This document shows, one piece after another, positions 20,533-31,067 of a stretch of DNA of 64,000 nucleotides. The position numbers and the translations under genes were made by a program. The stretch lies in the NCBI GenBank assembly GCA_963803805.1, contig CAWDOD010000002.1, positions 256,001 through 320,000 on the forward strand. The letters are read 5' to 3'. The notes below the pieces were generated by a model that saw nothing but the letters and a program-made list of their open reading frames with translations, did not search any database and was not told the origin of the DNA. Within the stretch, counting starts at the first letter, position 1. Each line of letters opens with the position of its first letter. The DNA comes from an uncultured cyanobacterium. Its GTDB lineage: Bacteria > Cyanobacteriota > Cyanobacteriia > Cyanobacteriales > CAWCAG01.

Positions 20533-21579
20533 CTACAACTGAACTGGACTTAGCCAACCTCGTAGGAAGTAGAATAAAGAACTGAGATACTCTTCAACTA
20601 CTCGCGTTGTGGTTACTAAAGCCTCCGCAGAGGGTAGAAAATCACTTAGTCTAATTCGCCTTTGAGGAGTTTGTTCACCGCTTTCAAAAGTGTAAAAATC
20701 TGTAGGACGAGGTAAAACATTCAAGCCTTCTCGTTCAAAAGTTAACTGGGCGCGGCGGATATTAATCCCCGATGATACTAAAATAATTGGTTGACCAGCT
20801 AATCCTCGCTGACTGAGAATATCCTTAACTGATAAAGCACTACTACGTAAATTGCCCCCTCCGTTATTAGGGACAATTTGACTAGCAGGAACACCATATT
20901 TTTGCAGCAAAATAGAAATATCCCTGGCTTCATCAACAGTTTGTTCGTCTCCTTTTAAATTACTCCTGGGACCAGCACTAACAATAACAATAGGAGTACT
21001 ACCCAAACTACGTTGTTGTCGATATAAATCTGCTGCATAGAGAATGCGATCGCCACTTTCAGTAAGCTGAATTTGGGTACGATAGGGAAGATTAGCTTGG
21101 GTTGTCCCTTCCCCTAAAAGAACAATGGCTTCAGCCCGCTGTTGTCCTGTGGGAGTGACGCTACCTCTGGGACCTAAAGCTTCCTGCCTTCTTTGTTCTA
21201 CTGTGATGGCATCTCTTTCTGCTAGTTGAGCCATTTGATAGGCAAACACAGGCAAACTAGAAAGAAGTAAGACAATAAAAGCCGCCCAGATAAAATAAGG
21301 CTTAGGGGATTTAATATCACCACCAAACTTAATAGGTGCTATACCCAAAAGTAGTAACAAAAGAGTTAAACCTATTGGTTTTAAAGGAATAGAAAGTATT
21401 GTCCAAGCGGTAGAAATAAGACCATCTTGAGGATTCAAAAAAGCCAGAAAAATTAGGGCTATAAAAGCTAAGCCCCCAAAAATAGTCAGAAATTTATTGG
21501 GAATCAGCTTGATCAGTAAATAGTAAATAGCAAAGCCAACTAGCAGCCAAAGAAAAACCCGTGTCAGTAGTAGGAACAT
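20533..21579 (-). CDS. YdcF/DUF218 family membrane protein
   Basis: N-terminal TM helices, AIVLLG, DRILYAADLY, ILVSS...RRA, PTDF, EYL motifs. Confidence 0.8.
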   Translation of the reverse strand: MFLLLTRVFLWLLVGFAIYYLLIKLIPNKFLTIFGGLAFIALIFLAFLNPQDGLISTAWTILSIPLKPIGLTLLLLLLGIAPIKFGGDIKSPKPYFIWAAFIVLLLSSLPVFAYQMAQLAERDAITVEQRRQEALGPRGSVTPTGQQRAEAIVLLGEGTTQANLPYRTQIQLTESGDRILYAADLYRQQRSLGSTPIVIVSAGPRSNLKGDEQTVDEARDISILLQKYGVPASQIVPNNGGGNLRSSALSVKDILSQRGLAGQPIILVSSGINIRRAQLTFEREGLNVLPRPTDFYTFESGEQTPQRRIRLSDFLPSAEALVTTTRVVEEYLSSLFYFLRGWLSPVQL

Positions 21580-21627
21580 AATTTATCAGTTAATCACTTG
21601 TTTTGTAGTTATGGGGAATAACCCCAA

Positions 21628-23109
21628 TTAAAGCTTGCCCTGAATTGCCTTAATGACAGTGGAAATAGTTTCCACACGAGCATAGTACTTGTCATTTGCT
21701 GGCACAATCTTCCAAGGGGCATGGGGAGTATTTGTTGCTTCAATTGCTTGATTAATTGCTCCCTCATAAAGATGCCATTTTTCTCGATTGCGCCAATCTT
21801 CCTCAGTTAGCTTATATTGCTTGAGGGGATCTTGGCGACGTTGTTCAAATCTTTTAAGCTGTTCTTCTGAACTAAGATGCAACCAGAATTTTACTAGCAC
21901 ATAGCTGCTACTAGTTAATTGCTCTTCAAATTGATTAATTTCTTCGTATGCTCTACTCCATTGAGCAACATTAGCTAAACCCTCTACTCTTTCTACTAAA
22001 ACCCTACCGTACCAACTGCGGTCAAAGATACCAATAGTTCCGGCCGGAGGCAAGCGTCGCCAGAAACGCCAGAGGTAATGATACTGTTTTTCTTCTGGGG
22101 TGGGGGCAGCAAAAGTACTAACTTGATAACTACGAGGGTCTAAAATAGCACTCAAACGCTTAATTGCCCCTCCTTTACCTGATGCGTCCCAACCCTCAAA
22201 AATAACTAACACAGGAATTTTTGATTTATGAATACTGCGTTGAAGCGATCGCAACTCAACTTGGGCTTGACGTAACTGTTTTTGATAATTTTCTTTAGTT
22301 AGTTTTTTGCTTAAATCAACTTTTTCTAGCCGATTAGATTTAGGCTTTCCCGTCAAAATCAAGGTGGGAGTAGAAGACATCCCCGGAAACAAGCTTGATT
22401 TTTCTTCTAAGGCTTTTTTGAGGATAGTAACTAATTGTGAAAGAACTTTTACCTTCGCCCAACGGGGACAATCACTAGCAATTGGGTTCCAAGGAGCGAA
22501 CTTAGTATTAGTTTTTAGCAGCATCTCCTCAGCTAAATCAAAATACTCTTGATAGCGTTTAGCTTGTTGCCAATCTTCTGGACGCACTCGCCAAGAGTTT
22601 AATTCGTTGGCTGCATATTTTTTCAATCTCTTTTTTAATTCTTTATGACTTAAGTGCAAGCAAAACTTAGCTATGGCAACACCATCAGCAGCTAAATTTT
22701 TTTCAAAAGCATTAATTTGGTCAAAAACCTCTGCTACTTTAGCTTCTGGCAACTTCCCTAATAACCAATCTTCCCAAACATGGGAATACCAACTATGGTA
22801 AAAAAAACTAATTTTGCCTTGGTGAGGAATCTTACTCCAAAAACGCCAAAGAAAAGGATACTGTTGCTCCTGCGGAGTAGGAGGCAAAATAGGATGTACC
22901 TCGAAACCACGAGGGTCCATATAGTTGACTATTTTTTTGACTAAAGACCCCTTTCCTGCGGCTGCCCAACCTTCTAAGACCACAATTACCGGTAACTTTT
23001 TTTCCCAACAAGCCAGTTGTAACATTCTTAACTGGCGCATTAAGTCATTTATTTGCGACTTATAGGAGTCTTTATCAAGGGTAGGGGTCAAATCGAGATT
23101 ATTGAGCAT
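21628..23109 (-). CDS. ppk2: Polyphosphate:AMP phosphotransferase (two-domain PPK2)
   Basis: Duplicated EGWxAxGKG Walker A; FDRSWYGRVLVERVEG. Confidence 0.92.
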   Translation of the reverse strand: MLNNLDLTPTLDKDSYKSQINDLMRQLRMLQLACWEKKLPVIVVLEGWAAAGKGSLVKKIVNYMDPRGFEVHPILPPTPQEQQYPFLWRFWSKIPHQGKISFFYHSWYSHVWEDWLLGKLPEAKVAEVFDQINAFEKNLAADGVAIAKFCLHLSHKELKKRLKKYAANELNSWRVRPEDWQQAKRYQEYFDLAEEMLLKTNTKFAPWNPIASDCPRWAKVKVLSQLVTILKKALEEKSSLFPGMSSTPTLILTGKPKSNRLEKVDLSKKLTKENYQKQLRQAQVELRSLQRSIHKSKIPVLVIFEGWDASGKGGAIKRLSAILDPRSYQVSTFAAPTPEEKQYHYLWRFWRRLPPAGTIGIFDRSWYGRVLVERVEGLANVAQWSRAYEEINQFEEQLTSSSYVLVKFWLHLSSEEQLKRFEQRRQDPLKQYKLTEEDWRNREKWHLYEGAINQAIEATNTPHAPWKIVPANDKYYARVETISTVIKAIQGKL

Positions 23110-23486
23110 TAACTTAAACTGATCAACTAAATAAAAAATACCGGAGAATGAACATAAAAGGTTGAAGTAGCAAAATAATGCAAGTAATTCACCATTAATG
23201 GAAAAAGCTCAAATATAAAATTTTTGCTTTTTAGTGAAGTATATCTTAACGGTGTTGTTTCCCTTACATCTTGCCCAGAGGTGAGGTCGCATCGCAATTT
23301 AAAATTAGCTAGCTATTAGCCAAAACGTAAAAATCAAGGTGTGAGAATGGACATTATTTTTAGTGAGAACTGCTATATGACCGATGCTCTATCATTTTGT
23401 TATCTAAAGTAAAGCAAAACCATACTAAGATTTACTGAGTCGCTCGGCAAAGGTTTAAAGTGCCAAAAACTACTGAGGAAAGTTAA

Positions 23487-24485
23487 GTGTCGCAAAGTAA
23501 ACCAACCATTCTTGTCACTGGCGGTGCTGGATACATTGGTTCTCATGCCGTACTAGCATTGCTAAATACTGGATACAGAGTTGTCGTGCTAGACAACCTA
23601 TCCTATGGACATCGGGAACTAGTAGAAGAAGTTTTGCAAGTCGAATTAATAGTCGGAGATACAAGGGATCGCCTTCTTTTAGACCAGCTATTTGCTTCTT
23701 ATAACATTACGGCAGTTATGCACTTTGCAGCTTATATCGCCGTAGGAGAATCTGTTCAAGATCCAGGCAAATACTATCGTAATAATGTTAGTGGGACTTT
23801 AACTCTTCTTGAAGCTATGGTGGCAGCTCAAATTAAGAAGTTTGTTTTTTCTTCTACTTGTGCCATCTATGGAATGCCTCAAAGCATACCTATGACTGAA
23901 GAACATCCTCAAAATCCTCTCAGTCCCTATGCCACTAGCAAATGGATGATTGAGAAAATTCTCACGGATTTTGATCAAGCTTATGGCTTAAAATCCGTAG
24001 CTTTTCGCTATTTTAATGCCTCTGGCGCTCATCCTGATGGTTTGCTTGGAGAAGATCACAATCCCGAAACTCACTTAATTCCTCTAGCTTTATTAACAGC
24101 TTTGGGTAAAAGAGAATCTCTAGCTATTTTTGGTACAGATTATGATACCCAAGATGGTACTGCCATGCGAGATTATATCCACGTCTGCGACTTGGCTGAT
24201 GCCCATGTTTTGGGACTTAATTATCTCCTCCAAGGTGGTAAGAGTAATGTTTTCAACCTTGGTAATGGCAATGGCTTTTCTGTTAAAGAAGTTATTGAAA
24301 CCGCAAGACAAGTTACCGGCAAAGAAATTGTTGCCCATCATAGCGATCGCCGCCCAGGAGATGCCCCGATTTTAATTGGTAGTAGCCAGAAAACGCAAAA
24401 AATCCTTAGTTGGCAACCCCAATATCCAGATTTGCCTACCATTGTTGCCCACGCCTGGAAATGGCATCAACAACGTCATGGTTAG
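23487..24485 (+). CDS. galE: UDP-glucose 4-epimerase
   Basis: GGAGYIGSH, YxxxK, RYFNASGA, RDYIHV motifs. Confidence 0.95.
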   Translation: MSQSKPTILVTGGAGYIGSHAVLALLNTGYRVVVLDNLSYGHRELVEEVLQVELIVGDTRDRLLLDQLFASYNITAVMHFAAYIAVGESVQDPGKYYRNNVSGTLTLLEAMVAAQIKKFVFSSTCAIYGMPQSIPMTEEHPQNPLSPYATSKWMIEKILTDFDQAYGLKSVAFRYFNASGAHPDGLLGEDHNPETHLIPLALLTALGKRESLAIFGTDYDTQDGTAMRDYIHVCDLADAHVLGLNYLLQGGKSNVFNLGNGNGFSVKEVIETARQVTGKEIVAHHSDRRPGDAPILIGSSQKTQKILSWQPQYPDLPTIVAHAWKWHQQRHG

Positions 24486-24535
24486 GAGTTAGTAACTACC
24501 ACATCCTCACCAAAAACTAATCACCAACAAAAAGA

Positions 24536-24838
24536 ATGACTAGTGACCAATTTAATCGCTTAGAGTCAGTTATTGCCCAAATAGGAGAAACGGTGCTAGC
24601 AACTACCCAAACTGTTGAAAATCTTGCTAAAAGGGTAGATGCCCTAGCTGTACAGATACAACACCAAGGGCATCAAGTTCAACAGCAAGGCTACCAAATT
24701 TTTGCTTTGAGTGATGCAGTACAAGCCTTAGCTGAAACCCACAATAAATCAGAAGTACAACTTAACCAATTAACAGAAACCTTACAGCGCTTTACTCAAG
24801 CTATTGAAATGGCTAATCAGCAACAAAAAGTGCGATAA
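24536..24838 (+). CDS. Hypothetical coiled-coil protein
   Basis: Gln-rich heptad pattern; co-oriented with galE. Confidence 0.6.
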   Translation: MTSDQFNRLESVIAQIGETVLATTQTVENLAKRVDALAVQIQHQGHQVQQQGYQIFALSDAVQALAETHNKSEVQLNQLTETLQRFTQAIEMANQQQKVR

Positions 24839-24872
24839 ATCTAATGTGTAAATATTCTTGGGAAAAGATTTA

Positions 24873-25313
24873 ATGCCTCATTTTCACTCCTATTCTAAGC
24901 TAGTTTTGCTTAGTGCTGTCCTTAGCTTCGTTAGTGTTAGTTGTGCCAATAACAAAGTACAAGAGTGCCGAAAAATTATTGATATTACTGTAAGTGCATC
25001 CGGACAGATTGAAGAGCTTTCAGATAATGGTAAAACTCAAGACCCCCAAGAAGCTCGTGAAGCAGCTCAGGCGATGGAAGAAGCTGCTCAAGAAATGGAA
25101 AACTTGGTAATCAAAGATGAACAACTTCAAGAATATCAAGCTGGCTTAGCTAAATCCTATCGCGGTTTTAGCCAATATACTCGCGATTTTATTGCTGAAC
25201 TAGAAAAGAAGAATTTGCAAGCAGCTAAATCAGTACAGAAAAAATTGCAAGAGGTTGGCAAACAAGAAGAGAAATTTGGCAACGGCATCAACAACTATTG
25301 TCAGTCAGAATAA
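24873..25313 (+). CDS. Putative helical lipoprotein
   Basis: Lipobox-like VSVSC after a hydrophobic stretch; ATG at 24873 is the likely start (ORF track begins at TTG 24858). Confidence 0.65.
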   Translation: MPHFHSYSKLVLLSAVLSFVSVSCANNKVQECRKIIDITVSASGQIEELSDNGKTQDPQEAREAAQAMEEAAQEMENLVIKDEQLQEYQAGLAKSYRGFSQYTRDFIAELEKKNLQAAKSVQKKLQEVGKQEEKFGNGINNYCQSE

Positions 25314-25336
25314 ACATTCCCTACTCCCATGATCCT

Positions 25337-26464
25337 ATGAAATATGCTCTGATTCACGAGTGGTTAACCCCAAAAGCGACTGGAGGTTCAGAGCTTGTGG
25401 TGCAAGAAATTCTACAACATATTGAAGCTGACCTTTATGCCCTCATAGACTTTGAATCGGTTAACCCCCAGAGCTATTTATATAAACGGAAAATTGGCAC
25501 GACTTTCTTACAAAACTTTCCTTTTGCACGTGATGGCATACAAAAATATTTGCCTTTGCTACCTTTAGCTATTGAACAGTTGGATGTGCGAGATTATGAG
25601 GTAATTCTTTCGTCTTCCCATGCAGTAGCTAAAGGAGTCCTAACAACTCCTCAACAACTACATATCTGCTATTGTCATAGCCCCATGCGTTACGCCTGGG
25701 ATTTGACCTTCGATTACCTAAAAAATAGCCGCCTAGGGGGCGGTTTACCAGGTATTATTAGTCGTTATATGCTTCATCAAATACGCCAATGGGACGTTAT
25801 TTCAGCTAATAGAGTAGATTATTTTATTGCTAACTCTCAACATACAGCAAACCGTATTTGGCGCTGCTATCGGCGCAAAGCAGAAGTGATTTACCCACCA
25901 GTACAAACTAAGAGATTTCCTTTTGAGTCTCAAAAGGAAGACTTTTTTATTACTGTTTCTCGCTTAGTTAGTTATAAACAAGTATCTTTAATTGTTAAAG
26001 CTTTTAATCAATTAGGATTACCCCTAATGGTTATTGGTGACGGTCCGGAGTTAGCAAAAATTACCAAATTAGCAAAACCTAACGTAAAAATTATGGGTTC
26101 TCAACCAAATGAAGTAGTAGAGCAATACCTAGCGAAGGCGAAAGCTTTTGTCTACGCTGCTTGTGAAGATTTTGGTATCGCCTTAGTAGAAGCACAAGCT
26201 TGTGGTACACCAGTAATTGCTTTTGGTACTGGTGGTGCAGCAGAAACCGTTCGTGATATCAGGGACTATCCTCAACAAGGAACAGGTATATTATTCTCTG
26301 GGCAAACCTCAGAAGCCCTCGTCAAAGCTGTGGGAACTTTTCAAGAACTTCAGGGAACATTTAACCCAGAAGTCTGTAGACTTCAAGCTAACAAGTTTGA
26401 ACCCCAAGTTTTTGTCAAGAGCTATTTGAGCTTTATTGAAAGCTGCGTTCATAAATTAAAATAG
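25337..26464 (+). CDS. Glycosyltransferase family 4
   Basis: ALIHEWL...GGSE, EDFGIALVEAQACGTPVI motif; likely start MKYAL. Confidence 0.9.
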   Translation: MKYALIHEWLTPKATGGSELVVQEILQHIEADLYALIDFESVNPQSYLYKRKIGTTFLQNFPFARDGIQKYLPLLPLAIEQLDVRDYEVILSSSHAVAKGVLTTPQQLHICYCHSPMRYAWDLTFDYLKNSRLGGGLPGIISRYMLHQIRQWDVISANRVDYFIANSQHTANRIWRCYRRKAEVIYPPVQTKRFPFESQKEDFFITVSRLVSYKQVSLIVKAFNQLGLPLMVIGDGPELAKITKLAKPNVKIMGSQPNEVVEQYLAKAKAFVYAACEDFGIALVEAQACGTPVIAFGTGGAAETVRDIRDYPQQGTGILFSGQTSEALVKAVGTFQELQGTFNPEVCRLQANKFEPQVFVKSYLSFIESCVHKLK

Positions 26465-26566
26465 GTAACTTAGTTCAAAATACTGATCTCTTGTAACTAG
26501 ATTTGCCTTAATTAAGGTCTTGTGGCTTTATGATCAAGGCTGTGTGGTGTGATGTGAAGGAGTAAG

Positions 26567-27298
26567 ATGACTGCTGAAAGCCAACTTGTCTCCGTCAAGC
26601 TTATGGAAGCCATCGTTAAACGAGGCTTTCAATCATTAAACGCTAAAGGGAAACGAAAAAGTTTACCTTGGCTAGTGCTAGACGGAAATTTTACCAAAAG
26701 GCTGTTTGACGTTCTATTTTCTTTATCCGTTCTGGTTTTGTTTTCACCTTTTTATTTGCTGCTGACTTGCTTAATTGGGATCAGTTCTCCTGGGCCTATT
26801 TTTTATGTCCAGCAAAGAATCGGGAAGAATCATCGGCCCTTTGGCTGTATAAAATTTAGAACTATGGTCAACAATGCCGATGAAGTATTGCTAGATATAT
26901 TGACTAACTCGCCAGATTTACAGGAGGAATTTGAAAAGAGTTTCAAACTTAAACATGACCCTCGTATTACTAAGATTGGTAAATTCCTCCGCTTAACTAG
27001 TTTGGATGAATTTCCTCAATTCTGGAATGTTTTGATGGGAGATATGAGTGTTGTCGGCCCTCGACCATTAGTTCCTGGAGAGCTACATAAATACGGTCGT
27101 CAAATCGATAAAGTGCTAACTATTCGACCAGGGATTACTGGTTTGTGGCAAGTCTCTGGTCGTAATGATATTCCTTATCACCGACGCATTCAAATTGACG
27201 TTTACTACGTAAATTGTCGAAATTGGTTGCTGGATATGTGGATTGTTGTTAAGACTATAGGCGTTATTCTTTTCCCTGGTAATAAAGGTGCTTACTAA
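26567..27298 (+). CDS. Sugar transferase (undecaprenyl-phosphate glycosylphosphotransferase, HepC/WcaJ-like)
   Basis: KRLFDV, KFRTM, DPRITKIG, LDEFPQ, GDMSVVGPRP, PGITGLWQ. Confidence 0.92.
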   Translation: MTAESQLVSVKLMEAIVKRGFQSLNAKGKRKSLPWLVLDGNFTKRLFDVLFSLSVLVLFSPFYLLLTCLIGISSPGPIFYVQQRIGKNHRPFGCIKFRTMVNNADEVLLDILTNSPDLQEEFEKSFKLKHDPRITKIGKFLRLTSLDEFPQFWNVLMGDMSVVGPRPLVPGELHKYGRQIDKVLTIRPGITGLWQVSGRNDIPYHRRIQIDVYYVNCRNWLLDMWIVVKTIGVILFPGNKGAY

Positions 27299-27566
27299 AG
27301 CACAATTTCCTAACCAAGGATAGGGGAGAGGGAATTATTTTCCTGAGTGAGAGTATATTTGGGGCGCTACATCTTAACTATTATTTAGCTAAGTTATTTT
27401 TGAGTAGCAGGAAATCTCCCCTATCCTTTGCCCACATTTGAATTAAAGAAATATTAGCTTAACATAGGGTGGACAGTAACAATCCTAGTTGAGTTAACTT
27501 GGTGTTAGATTAGTCGCCCACAAATTTTTAGCGGCTAGAAAACCTATTTCTTTATCTGGTGAAGAT

Positions 27567-28652
27567 TTGAGTATGACCCAACCCAAGCGAGCGTTAATAA
27601 CTGGTATCACTGGTCAAGATGGTTCTTATCTGAGTGAGTTGTTACTCTCTAAAGGCTATGAGGTTCACGGTATTATTCGCCGTACTTCTACATTTAATAC
27701 CGATAGGATCGATCATATTTACGTAGATCCTCATAATGAAAAGGCGAAATTATTTCTCCATTATGGTGACTTAACAGATGGCACAACTCTACGCCGTATT
27801 ATTGAGGAAATTAAGCCAGTAGAAATTTACAACTTGGGCGCTCAATCTCACGTCCGAGTCAGTTTTGACTCCCCAGAATATACAGTGGATGCTGTGGGTA
27901 TGGGGACATTGAGGATTTTAGAAGCAGTTCGGGATTATCAACAGCGTACAGGTATTGAAGTACGCTTTTACCAAGCGGGGTCTTCGGAGATGTTTGGTAA
28001 GGTACAAGATGTCCCTCAAAAAGAGACTACACCTTTTTATCCCCGTAGTCCCTATGCTTGTGCGAAGGTTTATGCTCACTGGCAAACGATTAATTATCGC
28101 GAGTCCTATGACTTGTTTGCCTGTAATGGGATACTTTTTAACCATGAATCTCCCCGTCGCGGAGAAACCTTTGTTACCCGTAAAATAACTCGTGCGATCG
28201 CTAGAATTGTCGAGGGTACTCAGAAAAAGCTTTATTTAGGTAATCTCGATGCTAAAAGGGATTGGGGTTATGCTAAAGATTATGTTGAAGCAATGTGGTT
28301 AATGCTCCAGCAAGATAAACCCGATGATTATGTCGTTGCTACCGGGGAAACCCACTCAATCAAGGAATTTCTCACTACTTCTTTTAGCTGTGTCAACTTA
28401 GACTGGCATGATTATGTCGAGTTTGATGAGCGTTATCTTCGCCCCACAGAAGTGGATCTACTCATTGGCGATCCTAGTAAAGCGAAAGAAAAGCTAGGCT
28501 GGGAACCCTCTGTAACCTTTGAGGAACTTGTTGCTTTAATGGTAGCAGCAGATTTGAAGGCTTTGGGTTTAGACCTACCTCAAACCGAAAAAATGCAAAT
28601 GGTAGAAGATAATGCTTATATACGTCGGGCAGTAGGAAGTGCAGTTGATTAA
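27567..28652 (+). CDS. gmd: GDP-mannose 4,6-dehydratase
   Basis: [33 protein letters not shown]. Confidence 0.97.
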   Translation: MSMTQPKRALITGITGQDGSYLSELLLSKGYEVHGIIRRTSTFNTDRIDHIYVDPHNEKAKLFLHYGDLTDGTTLRRIIEEIKPVEIYNLGAQSHVRVSFDSPEYTVDAVGMGTLRILEAVRDYQQRTGIEVRFYQAGSSEMFGKVQDVPQKETTPFYPRSPYACAKVYAHWQTINYRESYDLFACNGILFNHESPRRGETFVTRKITRAIARIVEGTQKKLYLGNLDAKRDWGYAKDYVEAMWLMLQQDKPDDYVVATGETHSIKEFLTTSFSCVNLDWHDYVEFDERYLRPTEVDLLIGDPSKAKEKLGWEPSVTFEELVALMVAADLKALGLDLPQTEKMQMVEDNAYIRRAVGSAVD

Positions 28653-28759
28653 CAGATCTGGATTTAACCAGATATGATTCCTATAGGGTGCTAAAGGGGT
28701 AAATCCGCAACGCACCCTCCCCAGTTCATTATCGCCCCTGCAGAGAACAGAAAGTAAAA

Positions 28760-29698
28760 ATGCTCAATTTAAGTAATCAAAGAATTCTTGTAACTGGCGG
28801 GGCTGGTTTCCTAGGCCGCCAAGTGGTAGACCAACTTTGTCAAGCAGGAGCTAAAGCTGAGAAAATTAGTGTACCACGCTCGGTAGACTGTGATTTACGC
28901 TCCCTAGAAAAATGTCAACAAGCAGTGGCTGAGCAAGATATTGTTATTCACTTAGCTGCCCATGTGGGAGGAATTGGTTTAAATAGGGAAAAACCGGCGG
29001 AGCTTTTTTACGATAATTTGATGATGGGAGCGCAACTAATCCATTGTGCCTATGAGGCTGGAGTAGAAAAGTTTGTTTGTTTGGGTACTATTTGTGCTTA
29101 CCCTAAATATACTCCTGTACCCTTCACTGAAGACGATCTTTGGGCAGGGTATCCTGAAGAAACCAATGCTCCCTACGGGATCGCAAAAAAGGCTCTTTTG
29201 GTACAACTCCAAGCTTACCGCCAACAATATGGCTTTGATGGTATTTATCTTTTGCCAGTTAATCTTTATGGACCAGAAGATAATTTCGATCCTAGTAGTT
29301 CTCATGTTATTCCTGCTTTAATTCGTAAAGTTTACGAAGCTAAACAAAAGGGAGATCATAAGTTAGCAGTTTGGGGAGATGGTAGCCCTACTCGCGAATT
29401 TCTCTATTCTACAGATGCAGCTAAGGGAATCGTTATGGCAACCCAAAAATATAATGGCGCAGAACCTGTTAATTTGGGAACTAACCACGAGATTTCTATT
29501 AAGGAATTAGTAGAATTAATTTGCGAGTTAATGAACTTTACAGGAGAAATCGTTTGGCAAATAGATAAACCAAATGGGCAACCTCGCCGCTGTTTAAATA
29601 CTCAAAGGGCAAAGCAAGAGTTTGATTTTGAAGCCCAAACAGATTTTCGCCAAGGCTTAAAGCAAACTATTGAGTGGTATCAAGAAAACCCCCAATAA
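28760..29698 (+). CDS. fcl: GDP-L-fucose synthase
   Basis: [38 protein letters not shown]. Confidence 0.94.
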   Translation: MLNLSNQRILVTGGAGFLGRQVVDQLCQAGAKAEKISVPRSVDCDLRSLEKCQQAVAEQDIVIHLAAHVGGIGLNREKPAELFYDNLMMGAQLIHCAYEAGVEKFVCLGTICAYPKYTPVPFTEDDLWAGYPEETNAPYGIAKKALLVQLQAYRQQYGFDGIYLLPVNLYGPEDNFDPSSSHVIPALIRKVYEAKQKGDHKLAVWGDGSPTREFLYSTDAAKGIVMATQKYNGAEPVNLGTNHEISIKELVELICELMNFTGEIVWQIDKPNGQPRRCLNTQRAKQEFDFEAQTDFRQGLKQTIEWYQENPQ

Positions 29699-29716
29699 TT
29701 AGGTTAGAGAAAAACC

Positions 29717-30199
29717 ATGGCGATCGCAATTACTATTGATTCTGAAGCAATAAATAATCTCGATTTATCTCCAGCAGGCAAACAGATTGAAAAACTATTG
29801 CAACCCGAAGATATCCTGGCCCAAGAACAACAATTGACCTTTACAATTGATTATTCCCGCCCAGAAACAGATCCTAGAGAACTTTCAGAAATTCCTGAAA
29901 TACGTTTGTGGTTTTTACGCTTAGATTCCCAATATCCTTGGCTACCCTTGTTTCTTGATTGGAAATCAGGAGAACTAACTCGCTATCTAGCCATGCAAGT
30001 TCCCCATCAATTTAGTCGGGCTGAAGGAATTCAATTTAACCCTGAAGCTTTGGAAATTTTTGTTATGAAAAAGATTTTTATTATTACTCATTGGCTTGAA
30101 GAAAAGGGTTTACCTAGTAAATCTCGTCTTCAAGCAATGGCTCAAACAATTGGCTATGAACTTGATGATAATTTCTTCAGCTTAATCAGCCAAAATTAA
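29717..30199 (+). CDS. crr6: CRR6-family NDH-1 (NdhI) maturation factor
   Basis: DPRELSEIPEIRLWFLRLD and FNPEALEIFVM motifs. Confidence 0.88.
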   Translation: MAIAITIDSEAINNLDLSPAGKQIEKLLQPEDILAQEQQLTFTIDYSRPETDPRELSEIPEIRLWFLRLDSQYPWLPLFLDWKSGELTRYLAMQVPHQFSRAEGIQFNPEALEIFVMKKIFIITHWLEEKGLPSKSRLQAMAQTIGYELDDNFFSLISQN

Positions 30200-30949
30200 T
30201 TGCAAAACTCGTTCCATATTCTCAAATTTTCCCACAATACGTCGTACCGGTTGAGGCCAAACTCTGATTAAAGTAGGAGTAGCAGAAACTTGATTAGCTT
30301 CAGTTTGTTCTGGGTGTTTGAAAATATCAATCACTTTGAGAGTATAAGGGGAATGCAAGCCTTTTTCTAAAAGTTTATGTAAGTTTTTTAAAGTATTTTC
30401 TGTAGCAGTATTATGGCCAGCAATAAAAAGTCGTAGTACGTAACTATTACTTGTTACTAACTTCTTTTTAGAATGGACGCTAATTTCTTGAGGAACAGAG
30501 TAACGAACATCAGATAAACTACGCTGATCTTCAAAGCGAAAGATTAAATCATGTTCTTCCCAAAGTTGAGGAAATCTTTCTTGATAGGTTTCTAAAATAA
30601 TGGGGCTGCAAGATTCTTCTTGCCAAGGAATAACTTGCCATTGGCTAGGAGTAGTGCCAAAAACTGAACTCAATAGCGCTTTATGCTTTTGTACTGGTGG
30701 ATGTAATTCTGCTGTAGTTCTTACTTTTTGAATATGGGAATCTAGCCAACAGTCAATAGTTGCTGTATATCCAGGTACTAAAAAATGAGGTGGTTCTGGC
30801 AAACTTAAAATTTCTTGTAAACTAGCACATAAATGTAAATGCCAACGACCTTGTTTATTAGGATCAATGCTATAAATCAAGTCTCCGCTGGGAGTAAATA
30901 AGGCAATTCCTTTAAATAGTTTTGGTGAAGGATAGGGAAGAGACATCAC
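30182..30949 (-). CDS. Long KaiB-domain protein (N-terminal unknown domain plus C-terminal KaiB-like domain)
   Basis: C-terminal YVLRLFIAG...YTLKVIDI...ATPTLIRVWPQPVRRIVG. Confidence 0.85.
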   Translation of the reverse strand: MMSLPYPSPKLFKGIALFTPSGDLIYSIDPNKQGRWHLHLCASLQEILSLPEPPHFLVPGYTATIDCWLDSHIQKVRTTAELHPPVQKHKALLSSVFGTTPSQWQVIPWQEESCSPIILETYQERFPQLWEEHDLIFRFEDQRSLSDVRYSVPQEISVHSKKKLVTSNSYVLRLFIAGHNTATENTLKNLHKLLEKGLHSPYTLKVIDIFKHPEQTEANQVSATPTLIRVWPQPVRRIVGKFENMERVLQLILAD

Positions 30950-31067
30950 TTTAAATATGAGGGAATAAGTAATAGCATTTTTACTTATTACTTCCTCATT
31001 CCCTCATCTCATAATTCATTAACAGCCTGGACAACTTAAGAAAGAGTCGCCCAATGAAACTAATAGC

